Positions 8,451 through 16,340 are shown, counted from the first letter of the stretch. The stretch: 50,445 bases of DNA from a virus (IMGVR_UViG_3300030339_000005), one strand, 5' to 3'. A program made the numbers and translations. The notes: generated by a model from the letters alone, not told the origin.

Positions 8451-8880
8451 TTTGGATTGCACAATCCTATATCACACCAATCGAAGTCCCTTTGACTGGA
8501 GTGACTTATCTGGAGACAAACCGATTCCGGCTGTCAAAGATTTATTGGCCACACTTGAATGTGATTATGAACTCATAATCATTACAGGAAGGCCAGAGTC
8601 AGTTCGTCCTCAAACCATTGAATGGTTAGAGACCAATGGCATTTTTTATGATCAATTGATTATGAAGGATGAAAACCCTTATGAAAAAGGCTCGGCTTTC
8701 AAAGAGCGTGCCTTAAAGAGTATTCCAGATTGGGAAACTCGAGTACTCATTGCATTTGATGATGATTTAGCTTGTGCAGAAATGTACAGGAATAACGGAA
8801 TTATATCAATGCTTCCGATTAATTACAAATATCGGGATTTAGTAGAAATTAAAGACACGCAAACAACTTGGTTTAAATAG
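8431..8880 (+). CDS. HAD phosphatase (T4 PNKP phosphatase-like domain)
   Basis: FDLDCT, IITGRPE, K, FDDD motifs. Confidence 0.8.
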   Translation: MRVLIFDLDCTILYHTNRSPFDWSDLSGDKPIPAVKDLLATLECDYELIIITGRPESVRPQTIEWLETNGIFYDQLIMKDENPYEKGSAFKERALKSIPDWETRVLIAFDDDLACAEMYRNNGIISMLPINYKYRDLVEIKDTQTTWFK

Positions 8881-8886
8881 TAAGTT

Positions 8887-9300
8887 ATGGAACACAGCAT
8901 TGGAGAAACATTTGATTATTTAAACACTCTTTTAACTGTTGAGGCCCAGAATGGTTGTAATGGATGTTATTTTTTTATTGATCACACCTCTCTTAGATAT
9001 TGCGTAAGTATGAGACACTTAATTGGAAATTGCTCGTATTTTGATCGAGCAGATCAAACTGGAGTAGTTTTTAAATCTAAATGGCTTTCCAGACCTATAG
9101 GAGAAGTATTTCAATTTGAAAATAAATTCTTAAAGGTTGTTCCAGATAGTACTCTTAGGTGTTTAAATTGCTACCTCCATCCGCTCCGAGACCCTCGAAG
9201 TGGTTGTAACAAGTACCGCGACGAAGTTGGAGCTTGTAGTCCAACATTCAGACCTGATAAGACATCTGTTTCTTTCGTAAACATTGCTAATCATGCGTGA
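8887..9300 (+). CDS. Cys-rich repeat protein (two units)
   Basis: IGE.F...C.GC.F...C......G.CS...R.D...V.F occurs twice. Confidence 0.7.
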   Translation: MEHSIGETFDYLNTLLTVEAQNGCNGCYFFIDHTSLRYCVSMRHLIGNCSYFDRADQTGVVFKSKWLSRPIGEVFQFENKFLKVVPDSTLRCLNCYLHPLRDPRSGCNKYRDEVGACSPTFRPDKTSVSFVNIANHA

Positions 9301-9508
9301 CTTTACTCGACCTCCTGGGGAAATGTTTAAATACGACTCCGTATTTCTTGTGGTTAAACATAAGAGGAGTTGTGTAGGATGTTGGTTTAATAACGGGAGT
9401 TTATGTTTACGCAATAAATTTATCACTGGAGGTTGCGGAAGTGACACTAGGGATGATGGAATAGCCGTTATTTTTATTATTGTACCCGATTCTCAAATAC
9501 TTTTATAA
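9293..9508 (+). CDS. Cys-rich repeat protein (one unit)
   Basis: Same C..C...C...G.C...R.D motif. Confidence 0.65.
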   Translation: MRDFTRPPGEMFKYDSVFLVVKHKRSCVGCWFNNGSLCLRNKFITGGCGSDTRDDGIAVIFIIVPDSQILL

Positions 9509-9509
9509 C

Positions 9510-9725
9510 ATGGAAAGATTAGTTGGAGAAGTATATACACGTTATGATGAGGTTATATTAGTAGTTAAATCCGCATCTGCTGGGTGTGGAGGATGCTGTT
9601 TCGATGAAGCTGATTTTTGTCATAAGAACAGCGTGGTGGATGGATTCTGTTCTGCAGAACATCGACCAACCAATAATGATGAGGTAATATTTCTCAAAGT
9701 TGAAGATTCCACAATACAAATTTAA
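9510..9725 (+). CDS. Cys-rich repeat protein (one unit)
   Basis: Same motif. Confidence 0.65.
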   Translation: MERLVGEVYTRYDEVILVVKSASAGCGGCCFDEADFCHKNSVVDGFCSAEHRPTNNDEVIFLKVEDSTIQI

Positions 9726-9727
9726 TC

Positions 9728-10063
9728 ATGGACACAGGATTATTGCTTACTATCAATCTAAAAGGACGTATTGGAGGTCCTTTGAAACACACAGACAAAC
9801 AACTTGTCACCGTTGATGTTGCTCCATTGGGTAAACGCCATCCAGAATGGATAACCAGAAAAATTAAGCATACTGACCGAGTAGTTACTTCTTGCTCACG
9901 TAAGCTTCATATTTCTGAAGAAGTTGTCAATAGCTGGATACATTCCGATTGCCCGCATTGGGAAAGAGTTGGAGCATGGAAAAACATGAATGAAGAGCAA
10001 AGAATGCTCTCCTTTATCAAAAACTTTGATGAAGGTCATGGTGTGACTTTTGAATTGGTTTAA
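9728..10063 (+). CDS. Hypothetical protein
   Basis: ORF. Confidence 0.6.
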   Translation: MDTGLLLTINLKGRIGGPLKHTDKQLVTVDVAPLGKRHPEWITRKIKHTDRVVTSCSRKLHISEEVVNSWIHSDCPHWERVGAWKNMNEEQRMLSFIKNFDEGHGVTFELV

Positions 10064-10082
10064 TCACTTTTATTCTAATCAT

Positions 10083-10340
10083 ATGAAATTCATCATCCGC
10101 TTTTTCAGGTCATTGCGATTCGAACCTAACTATTCAAAGAAGTTGGGCGGAATCAAAAAAGCCTTTACAGAAGCCCTTACTGCAGCCGATACGTTGGATG
10201 CAAAAATGGCCGATACTATTAAAGGCAAAACCGAAGCCATGTCTAGGCTTCAAACTCAAATTGACATAGTAGCTACTGTGAAGGGACAGAACGAAAAGTT
10301 CCGCCTTAACTTAAGTAAGCTTCTAGGTGAGTCTGAGTAA
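10083..10340 (+). CDS. Hypothetical coiled-coil protein
   Basis: ORF. Confidence 0.55.
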   Translation: MKFIIRFFRSLRFEPNYSKKLGGIKKAFTEALTAADTLDAKMADTIKGKTEAMSRLQTQIDIVATVKGQNEKFRLNLSKLLGESE

Positions 10341-10420
10341 GTTCACATACTTTAAAACTGGATTAAATATTAAATATTTTGAAAAATAGATATTTAGTAT
10401 TTTTTCCAGTTTTATTGTTG

Positions 10421-10428
10421 TACTTTTG
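10421..10428 (+). promoter_or_regulatory. Bacteroidota-type -7 promoter box
   Basis: TACTTTTG upstream of 10463, preceded by a long inverted repeat. Confidence 0.6.
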
Positions 10429-10462
10429 TAACCCTTTTGATTAGAAAATTTATAACATATCT

Positions 10463-10765
10463 ATGAATCCATTTATAGAAAATACAGGAGTTATTCCATG
10501 TGGTTGTAGTGACATTGCTCACCATATCCTATATGTGAAGGATCCAGATGACCCCACTATCTATGTTTATATGCAACTTACAGATCAACCTTGGTATCGA
10601 AGACTCTGGAGGGGTATTAAATATATCTTTGGTTATAAATGTCGTTTTGGCATGTATGACGAAATAATTGTAAATGAAGATAATATCCACTATTTTCTAG
10701 AGTGGAATGAACATATTGTTCTTAAAACAACTGAACAAAAACCAGATGCTCCTATAGAGGAGTAA
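10463..10765 (+). CDS. Hypothetical phage protein
   Basis: C.C....H; RLW.GIKYIFGYKCRFG..DE pattern. Confidence 0.65.
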   Translation: MNPFIENTGVIPCGCSDIAHHILYVKDPDDPTIYVYMQLTDQPWYRRLWRGIKYIFGYKCRFGMYDEIIVNEDNIHYFLEWNEHIVLKTTEQKPDAPIEE

Positions 10766-10812
10766 TCTGAACAAAAAGTTTTAGCTAATTACTAGATTAG
10801 TTAATTGAAGAT

Positions 10813-10885
10813 GGTGGGTTCATCTAGAGGCCTAGGATTTAAGATTTTCAATCTTACCACACGGATTCGAATTCCGTACCCACTA
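10813..10885 (+). tRNA. tRNA-Glu(TTC)
   Basis: Cloverleaf; TAAGA-TTTTCAA-TCTTA. Confidence 0.9.
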
Positions 10886-10942
10886 CTAGTAGTTTAATCT
10901 ATATTTTTCTTAATTTGAACTGTTTTATAATTTTATTTTTCG

Positions 10943-10950
10943 TACTTTTG
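10943..10950 (+). promoter_or_regulatory. -7 promoter box for HNH gene
   Basis: TACTTTTG 20 nt before ATG 10971. Confidence 0.6.
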
Positions 10951-10970
10951 TATATCAAAAAAAATATATT

Positions 10971-11597
10971 ATGAGTAAGTACAAAAAAGAAGAATTAGAA
11001 AAGTTAATTTTTGAAGATAAATTACCATACGACACCATTGGAGAATTATATGGTGTTACTGGAGCCTCAATTCGTAAGGCAGCAAATAGATTAGGCATAG
11101 AATTACCTAAACGAAGAGAAATTAATCCAACTGAAACCTTTAATAAGGGTGTACGTAAAGTTGGAGAAATATGTTGTGAAAATTGTGGACAACCACTAAA
11201 GTCACATCAATTAAGATTTTGTAGTAGGCAGTGTAAAGCAGATTTTGAATATACATCGTTTATTCTACGTTGGCAAAATGGACAGGAAGAAGGTCTTTCT
11301 GGAAAAGATGGAATATCTGGTTATATTGAAAAATATGTAAGAATAAAACATAATAATAAATGTCAAAAATGTGGCTGGAATGCTGTAAATGAAAGTTCAG
11401 GTAAAGTTCCATTACATATTCATCATGTTGATGGAGATTCACATAATAATCAAGAAGACAATTTAGAACTATTATGTCCTAATTGTCATAGTTTAACCGA
11501 TAATTATGGTAGTTTAAACAAAGAAAGTACAAGAACTTCTTTAAAAGAATTAAGAGAGGTGATTAAATCTCGTAACTTAGAAGAAGTAATTAAATAA
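10971..11597 (+). CDS. Free-standing HNH homing endonuclease
   Basis: CQKCG..LHIHHVDGDSHNN..DNLELLCPNCH; N-terminal HTH. Confidence 0.9.
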   Translation: MSKYKKEELEKLIFEDKLPYDTIGELYGVTGASIRKAANRLGIELPKRREINPTETFNKGVRKVGEICCENCGQPLKSHQLRFCSRQCKADFEYTSFILRWQNGQEEGLSGKDGISGYIEKYVRIKHNNKCQKCGWNAVNESSGKVPLHIHHVDGDSHNNQEDNLELLCPNCHSLTDNYGSLNKESTRTSLKELREVIKSRNLEEVIK

Positions 11598-11599
11598 AT

Positions 11600-11673
11600 C
11601 GTGGGGTAGTAGTAGTTGGTAACTCGCTGTGCTCATAACTCAGAGATCGCCGGTTCGAGTCCGGCCCCCGCAA
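11600..11673 (+). tRNA. tRNA-fMet(CAT), initiator-like
   Basis: C1:A72 mismatch, CAT anticodon; lacks the three G-C anticodon-stem pairs. Confidence 0.8.
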
Positions 11674-11682
11674 CTAATAAAA

Positions 11683-11756
11683 CGAATAGTAGGAAAGTTG
11701 ATTAATCCGCTACATTTGGGATGTAGAAATCGAAGGTTTGAGTCCTTCCTATTCGA
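11683..11756 (+). tRNA. tRNA-Pro(TGG)
   Basis: CTACA-TTTGGGA-TGTAG. Confidence 0.88.
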
Positions 11757-11795
11757 CAATTGTTTTTTAATTAGATCCATTTTTTAAACCAGATT

Positions 11796-12821
11796 ATGAA
11801 AAAACTTATTCAGAACAACACAACCTTCACTCTTGGAGAATTTACAGACATGCATGAAACACTTCCCGTTGGGAATTATGTTTTAAAGTTTGATGAACAA
11901 AAAGGAATCTTTTATCTTCAAGAACAAGAGCCTTTTGTGCTGCCTCCAAAGCTTTACGGAGACTTCTCTTTTATCGAAAGATGGAAGAAGTCTTATGTTG
12001 CTAATACGGGTAAAAACCTTGGTATTTTATTATCCGGTGTAAAAGGAACAGGTAAAACTATCTCTGCGCAGAAATTCTGCATAGAAATGGAAAAACCTGT
12101 AATCTTTATTACTGAGAATTACTCAGGTCCAGGATTTGAATCCTTTATCACAAGTTCTCTGTTCAATGATTGTATCATCTTTATTGATGAATATGAAAAG
12201 TTGTATCAAGAGGATCGCGATGAAGCTGAAAAGCTTTTGACTTTGATGGATGGTGTGTACAATACTCGCTTCATTTTCCTTTTGACAGTTAATGACCCTG
12301 ATGCTATTTCTGACAAATTGAAGAATCGTTTGAATCGTGTGAAATACCACAAAGTCTTTGAAACATTGGAAAAATCTATTATTGACGGTATCGTTAATGA
12401 TATGTTGGAAGATGAGCAGTTCAAAGATTCTATCTATGAATTCATTCTTCGCTTTGGATTCATTACTCCGGATATCTTGGTCACTTTGATTAAGGAAGTC
12501 AATTTCTTTAAAGAATCTGCTTTGGTCTGTGCTTCATACCTCAATTTGAGCTATGAAAGGGCTTATTACCAAATTAAGGTTGTTTACAAAGGCGAGCAAC
12601 ATTCTTGTGAATCTATGGAGTTAAATCCAATGGTTGATACATTCAGAATTAGCTTCTATGACGAAGTTCCGAAAGAGTTGACCAATACCTTGCCATATAA
12701 AATCAGGTTTAAAATGAGGGATTATCCATTTACTCGCACTGAATCTGGTTATACTTTTGAGTACAATTCAGATATTCAAATCCAGCTTTCTACACATCAA
12801 AGACGTGCATTAGTATTCTAA
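11796..12821 (+). CDS. AAA+ ATPase
   Basis: GVKGTGKT, IIFIDEYEK, NRLNR. Confidence 0.85.
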   Translation: MKKLIQNNTTFTLGEFTDMHETLPVGNYVLKFDEQKGIFYLQEQEPFVLPPKLYGDFSFIERWKKSYVANTGKNLGILLSGVKGTGKTISAQKFCIEMEKPVIFITENYSGPGFESFITSSLFNDCIIFIDEYEKLYQEDRDEAEKLLTLMDGVYNTRFIFLLTVNDPDAISDKLKNRLNRVKYHKVFETLEKSIIDGIVNDMLEDEQFKDSIYEFILRFGFITPDILVTLIKEVNFFKESALVCASYLNLSYERAYYQIKVVYKGEQHSCESMELNPMVDTFRISFYDEVPKELTNTLPYKIRFKMRDYPFTRTESGYTFEYNSDIQIQLSTHQRRALVF

Positions 12822-12824
12822 GTT

Positions 12825-13073
12825 ATGGAAATCGCTGAAGAAGAAGTAAAGAAGTCTCTTGGTAATATAGCTAATATCAAGCTTGGCTTAACTGAGCCGA
12901 TGAATATGAATTTTTCCTTGGAAACACTTCGTAATCTTACGCCCATGTGTGGAAAAAATGGTTCAGGAAAAACAATGGTCAATAAACTTATCTTCTTCTC
13001 ATCTATGGTAACGCTGCTAATAATCATAGAGATAATTATCGAGCAATCTGTTCTAATTGTGATTCACAGTTAG
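12825..13073 (+). pseudogene. Truncated ABC/AAA ATPase N-terminus
   Basis: Walker A GKNGSGKT, then runs into unrelated sequence at about 13007. Confidence 0.65.
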
Positions 13074-13165
13074 ATACATATAAATCTAAAAATAAAAATG
13101 GTGCACGAAGTTATTATAGATATAATAAAGAAAATGGTGGAATAATTGGAAATGCGCAGGAATAG
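13007..13165 (+). pseudogene. C-terminal remnant of an HNH endonuclease
   Basis: Alternative frame GNAANNHRDNYRAICSNCDSQLDTYKSKNK...*; no start codon. Confidence 0.75.
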
Positions 13166-13240
13166 CACGTAATTGGAAGCGTATCACTCTTCTAAAGTGA
13201 TGACTTTATGTCCTTGGGGGTTCGATCCCCTCTTCCTGTA
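13156..13240 (+). tRNA. tRNA-Arg(TCT) with long variable arm
   Basis: TCACT-CTTCTAA-AGTGA; variable stem GAC/GTC. Confidence 0.8.
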
Positions 13241-13250
13241 CACTATAAAT

Positions 13251-13322
13251 GGGCATATGGCCAAGTGGTAAGGCGTTTCTCTGCAAAAGAAATATGCGTC
13301 AGTCCGATTCTGACTATGCCCT
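13251..13322 (+). tRNA. tRNA-Cys(GCA)
   Basis: TTTCT-CTGCAAA-AGAAA; U73. Confidence 0.88.
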
Positions 13323-13327
13323 CATAT

Positions 13328-13401
13328 GCCGAAATAGCTCAGGTGGTTAGAGCGTTGGATTCATAACCCAGAGGTCACAAGTTCAAATCTTGTTTTCGGT
13401 A
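13328..13401 (+). tRNA. tRNA-Met(CAT), elongator-like
   Basis: Cloverleaf with TTCATAA loop. Confidence 0.85.
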
Positions 13402-13415
13402 CTAAATTTTTAACT

Positions 13416-13826
13416 ATGAAATTTTCATTTGATTTTGATAGCACACTCTCAAGGAGATCTGTGCAACATATTGCTAAGTTACTTATTAAAGCTGGACACG
13501 AAGTTCACATTGTAACTAGTAGATATGAAGATACTGCTAAGTATGTTATGGCTGATTGTATTGGACAATGTCATGTTGACTTATTCAGAGTATCTGATCG
13601 TTTAGGTATTAAACGAGAAAATATTCATTTTATGAATATGAAAGATAAATATCATTTCTTTTTAGAGAATCCTGATTTTGTATTTCATTTAGATGATGAT
13701 GTCAAAGAAATATTACTTATACAAGCTCAAACGGTTGTAATGGGAATATTATGTGATTATTCAGCTGAATGGAAAGATACAGTTGAGGAAGTATTTAAAA
13801 GACTTGAATTAGACCTGGCCCTTTAG
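13416..13826 (+). CDS. HAD-superfamily hydrolase
   Basis: FDFDSTL, IVTSR, K, HLDDD. Confidence 0.8.
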   Translation: MKFSFDFDSTLSRRSVQHIAKLLIKAGHEVHIVTSRYEDTAKYVMADCIGQCHVDLFRVSDRLGIKRENIHFMNMKDKYHFFLENPDFVFHLDDDVKEILLIQAQTVVMGILCDYSAEWKDTVEEVFKRLELDLAL

Positions 13827-13889
13827 TTCAATCGAATAGAACAGTAGACTACGGATCTGTAGATACGGGTTTGACTCCTGTAGGGGTCA
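13817..13889 (+). tRNA. tRNA-Arg(ACG)
   Basis: GTAGA-CTACGGA-TCTGT. Confidence 0.85.
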
Positions 13890-14116
13890 CAAAGAAAAAA
13901 GAATTTAGATTGAAGCAAACAGAACTTCAAGCCAATAACCCCTGATTCTTATTGGGATCAAGTTATAGCGAAGATGAAACCATATTTGCAGTATGGTTGG
14001 GTTTGTGTAAATATATGTTATATCCATACGGCTCTCAATTAGAGCATTGAACTCACTTGAAATTAATTCATATGAGGGATAGTATAATGTATTCACTGCA
14101 AGACTAAATTCTTCAC

Positions 14117-14190
14117 GGGGTATTAGCTCAGTCGGCTAGAGCAATTGCTTTGCAAGCAATAGGTCAAGGGTTCAAGTCCCTTATGCTCCA
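14117..14190 (+). tRNA. tRNA-Ala(TGC)
   Basis: G3.U70; ATTGC-TTTGCAA-GCAAT. Confidence 0.93.
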
Positions 14191-14396
14191 CAATACACGA
14201 ATCAAAGAGATCATCACTGGCAATAAGTTTCCATGGTAGGTGCAACTTTTACAAACTAAATGCATTTAGTCCGATTCGTGTATTTCCAAGCATCTCCAAG
14301 ATTTTCTGAGAATAATTGCAAATCGTATGTTGCATTGGGTTCAAATCCCTTCTTGGGGACATTACAGCACGTTGCTGTATTAAAAATCGTAAAATT

Positions 14397-14474
14397 ATGA
14401 AGAAAACGTAGATTTTCTTTGCTCGAGGTTCTCCTTGTTGTTTTAAATTAGAAAACTTAGTAATAACAATTTAA
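14397..14474 (+). promoter_or_regulatory. Candidate leader uORF MKKT(TAG)IFFARGSP...
   Basis: AAAATT-ATG start context; TAG at codon 5; readthrough frame continues to TAA 14474, 11 nt before the next ATG. Confidence 0.45.
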
Positions 14475-14485
14475 ATTAAAACACA

Positions 14486-14791
14486 ATGAAAACTTTAAAA
14501 GGAGAAATAAAACAAATGTCAAAAGAACAAACGTTCTTAAAAGATCAAAGGAAGTCAGTGTATAATAAAAGTGAACGAGTAATGGAACCTTGGAAAGCTT
14601 CTTACAAACATAACTCAAATCGTGAAGATTTGCGTTTGATGTATGCAGCTTACGGTATCATGAGAGGAAGAACTTTTAGTCAAATTGAAAATACGCATCC
14701 AGAGGAGTCACATCCTTTGAGAGCATTTCAGAGAGATATTGACAAGTTAATTGAACAGTATGAACAAGAGGTTGTACATATTAGTGAGTAA
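14486..14791 (+). CDS. Hypothetical protein upstream of Pth2-like gene
   Basis: R..Y.AYG..RG+.F.QIE pattern; overlaps next gene. Confidence 0.7.
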   Translation: MKTLKGEIKQMSKEQTFLKDQRKSVYNKSERVMEPWKASYKHNSNREDLRLMYAAYGIMRGRTFSQIENTHPEESHPLRAFQRDIDKLIEQYEQEVVHISE

Positions 14792-15053
14792 TTCTTTAGA
14801 GCCAATCTATGCCTGTGTACAGGGCGGACACGCAGTAGCACAGTGGTTGTTGGACAATAAGGATACTCAAACATGGGATAACAATTACTTGATATATTTG
14901 TCCGCAGATATCGAGAAATGGTTATTTAAACTAAACTGTAAACAATTACGCTATTCTGTATTTAGGGAACCCGATCTCGGGAATGTGCCTACAGCAATAG
15001 CCATTGAATCAGACGGAACATTGTTTCGTAATTTGAGATTAATGGGTGAATAA
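14760..15053 (+). CDS. Peptidyl-tRNA hydrolase 2-like protein
   Basis: LYILV...L....ACVQGGHAVA and FREPDLGN..TAIA motifs. Confidence 0.75.
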   Translation: MNKRLYILVSNSLEPIYACVQGGHAVAQWLLDNKDTQTWDNNYLIYLSADIEKWLFKLNCKQLRYSVFREPDLGNVPTAIAIESDGTLFRNLRLMGE

Positions 15054-15217
15054 CCCAAAAAGTAGTAACTCTGAATTGACAGGGTAAATAATAACGAGGT
15101 CGTGGGATATGTTACGTACAGTATGGCATATTAGGAAAAGGTAGATGAAACAAGAGCTGTAAGACACGTGGAATCTGGTAATTATTGTTTGGGGAAACCC
15201 TATTATTTTTTTTAAAT

Positions 15218-15291
15218 GGTCTTTTAGCTCAGTGGCCCAGAGCGACGGCTTCTAGTCCCGTGCGTCGTGGGTTCGAATCCCATAGAGACCA
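15218..15291 (+). tRNA. Amber suppressor tRNA (anticodon CTA)
   Basis: Canonical cloverleaf; anticodon arm ACGGC-TTCTAGT-CCCGT (C31:C39 mismatch), CTA at 34-36. Confidence 0.75.
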
Positions 15292-15335
15292 CAAGGTTTT
15301 CGTCCCTCCTCCTTTCCACAAGTGAGGGACACTAT

Positions 15336-15410
15336 GCACTTTTAGCTCAGCTGGTTCAGAGCATATCCCTTACAAGGATGGGGTCGGGGGTTCGAATCCC
15401 TCAAGGTGTA
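15336..15410 (+). tRNA. tRNA-Val(TAC)
   Basis: TATCC-CTTACAA-GGATG. Confidence 0.92.
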
Positions 15411-15539
15411 CAAATTTTATACTAAAGTTATGAAAAAGAAAGATTCTTTAGTCAAGTTTATATTTATGCATATTGCAATATATTTACTTGTAATTGGCTT
15501 GGTGTTATTCGCAGTTATTTATTTATTAAGTTTAAAGAC

Positions 15540-15746
15540 ATGAAGATTAACATGCTTTTATATTTAATTCCTATCTTTGGAATTGGATATTTAATTTACA
15601 TGGCCAATAAATATGGGTGGACAACAAAGATACAGAATTCCTGGTGGATGATGTGGCCGTCTACTCTTTGGCATAGCGCAACGACTTGGTATCTAATGGT
15701 ATCTATAGTCCTACAACAATTTAATCCACTATTGTGGATTCACTAA
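15540..15746 (+). CDS. Small membrane protein
   Basis: Hydrophobic, Trp-rich ORF (all TGG). Confidence 0.55.
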   Translation: MKINMLLYLIPIFGIGYLIYMANKYGWTTKIQNSWWMMWPSTLWHSATTWYLMVSIVLQQFNPLLWIH

Positions 15747-15762
15747 CATAGTTAGTAACAAT

Positions 15763-15837
15763 GCTCCTCTAGCTCAGTTGGTTTAGAGCAACAGACCTTT
15801 AATCTGTGGGTCCTGGGTTCAACTCCCAGGGGGAACA
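15763..15837 (+). tRNA. tRNA-Lys(TTT), C33 variant
   Basis: ACAGA-CCTTTAA-TCTGT. Confidence 0.85.
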
Positions 15838-15856
15838 CAAACTTAATTTAAAAACG

Positions 15857-16090
15857 ATGGCAACATTAAAAGAACTTGTAAAAGATGGAAAGGCAACATT
15901 CAGTCATGCAATTGCTGGAGTATTGTATTACAGATTGGAAAGTCCAGTAGGTAATTATCAATTTCCAATTGACATGAATGATCGTGCGGATGTAGGTACG
16001 ACTACATTTGTTGCTGAGTACAAGGCTATTACGCTTATGCGATATATTCGCAAAGCAATGGATAGTGAAAATTTAATTAAAATTTTGTAA
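15857..16090 (+). CDS. Hypothetical phage protein
   Basis: G.LYY...FPI...D.G..TF....KAITLMRYIRK pattern. Confidence 0.65.
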   Translation: MATLKELVKDGKATFSHAIAGVLYYRLESPVGNYQFPIDMNDRADVGTTTFVAEYKAITLMRYIRKAMDSENLIKIL

Positions 16091-16091
16091 T

Positions 16092-16340
16092 ATGACAGAA
16101 TTAGAAAAATTTCAGTTAGTCAACACATGTAATACATGTAAAGAACTCGAAGATGCTATTATCTTGATTGGACAAGAGAATGATGGTATGCTTCAAGGAC
16201 GTACTCATTCCTTTAATGCAGAGAGTATGGCAAAATGTGTGGAACCTATTGTTAATAATGCAATGTGGCCTAATTACTTAACTAGGTCTTATGGTATTAG
16301 ACAACAAGCTTTGTATCTTAAGTATTACTTAAACTTGTAA
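16092..16340 (+). CDS. Hypothetical protein
   Basis: ORF with LTR.YGIRQQA. Confidence 0.6.
   Translation: MTELEKFQLVNTCNTCKELEDAIILIGQENDGMLQGRTHSFNAESMAKCVEPIVNNAMWPNYLTRSYGIRQQALYLKYYLNL

Noticed and set aside
10813-10885. Opal (TCA) suppressor reading of the TTTTCAA loop
   Set aside because: The stem register places TTC at 34-36 and the D-arm is Glu-type.
13156-13240. Second amber suppressor (CTA within CTTCTAA)
   Set aside because: The perfect 5-bp stem centres TCT.
15295-15330. HDV-like theta ribozyme after the suppressor tRNA
   Set aside because: Only a GTCCCTC/GAGGGAC hairpin; no P1 partner or nested pseudoknot could be built.
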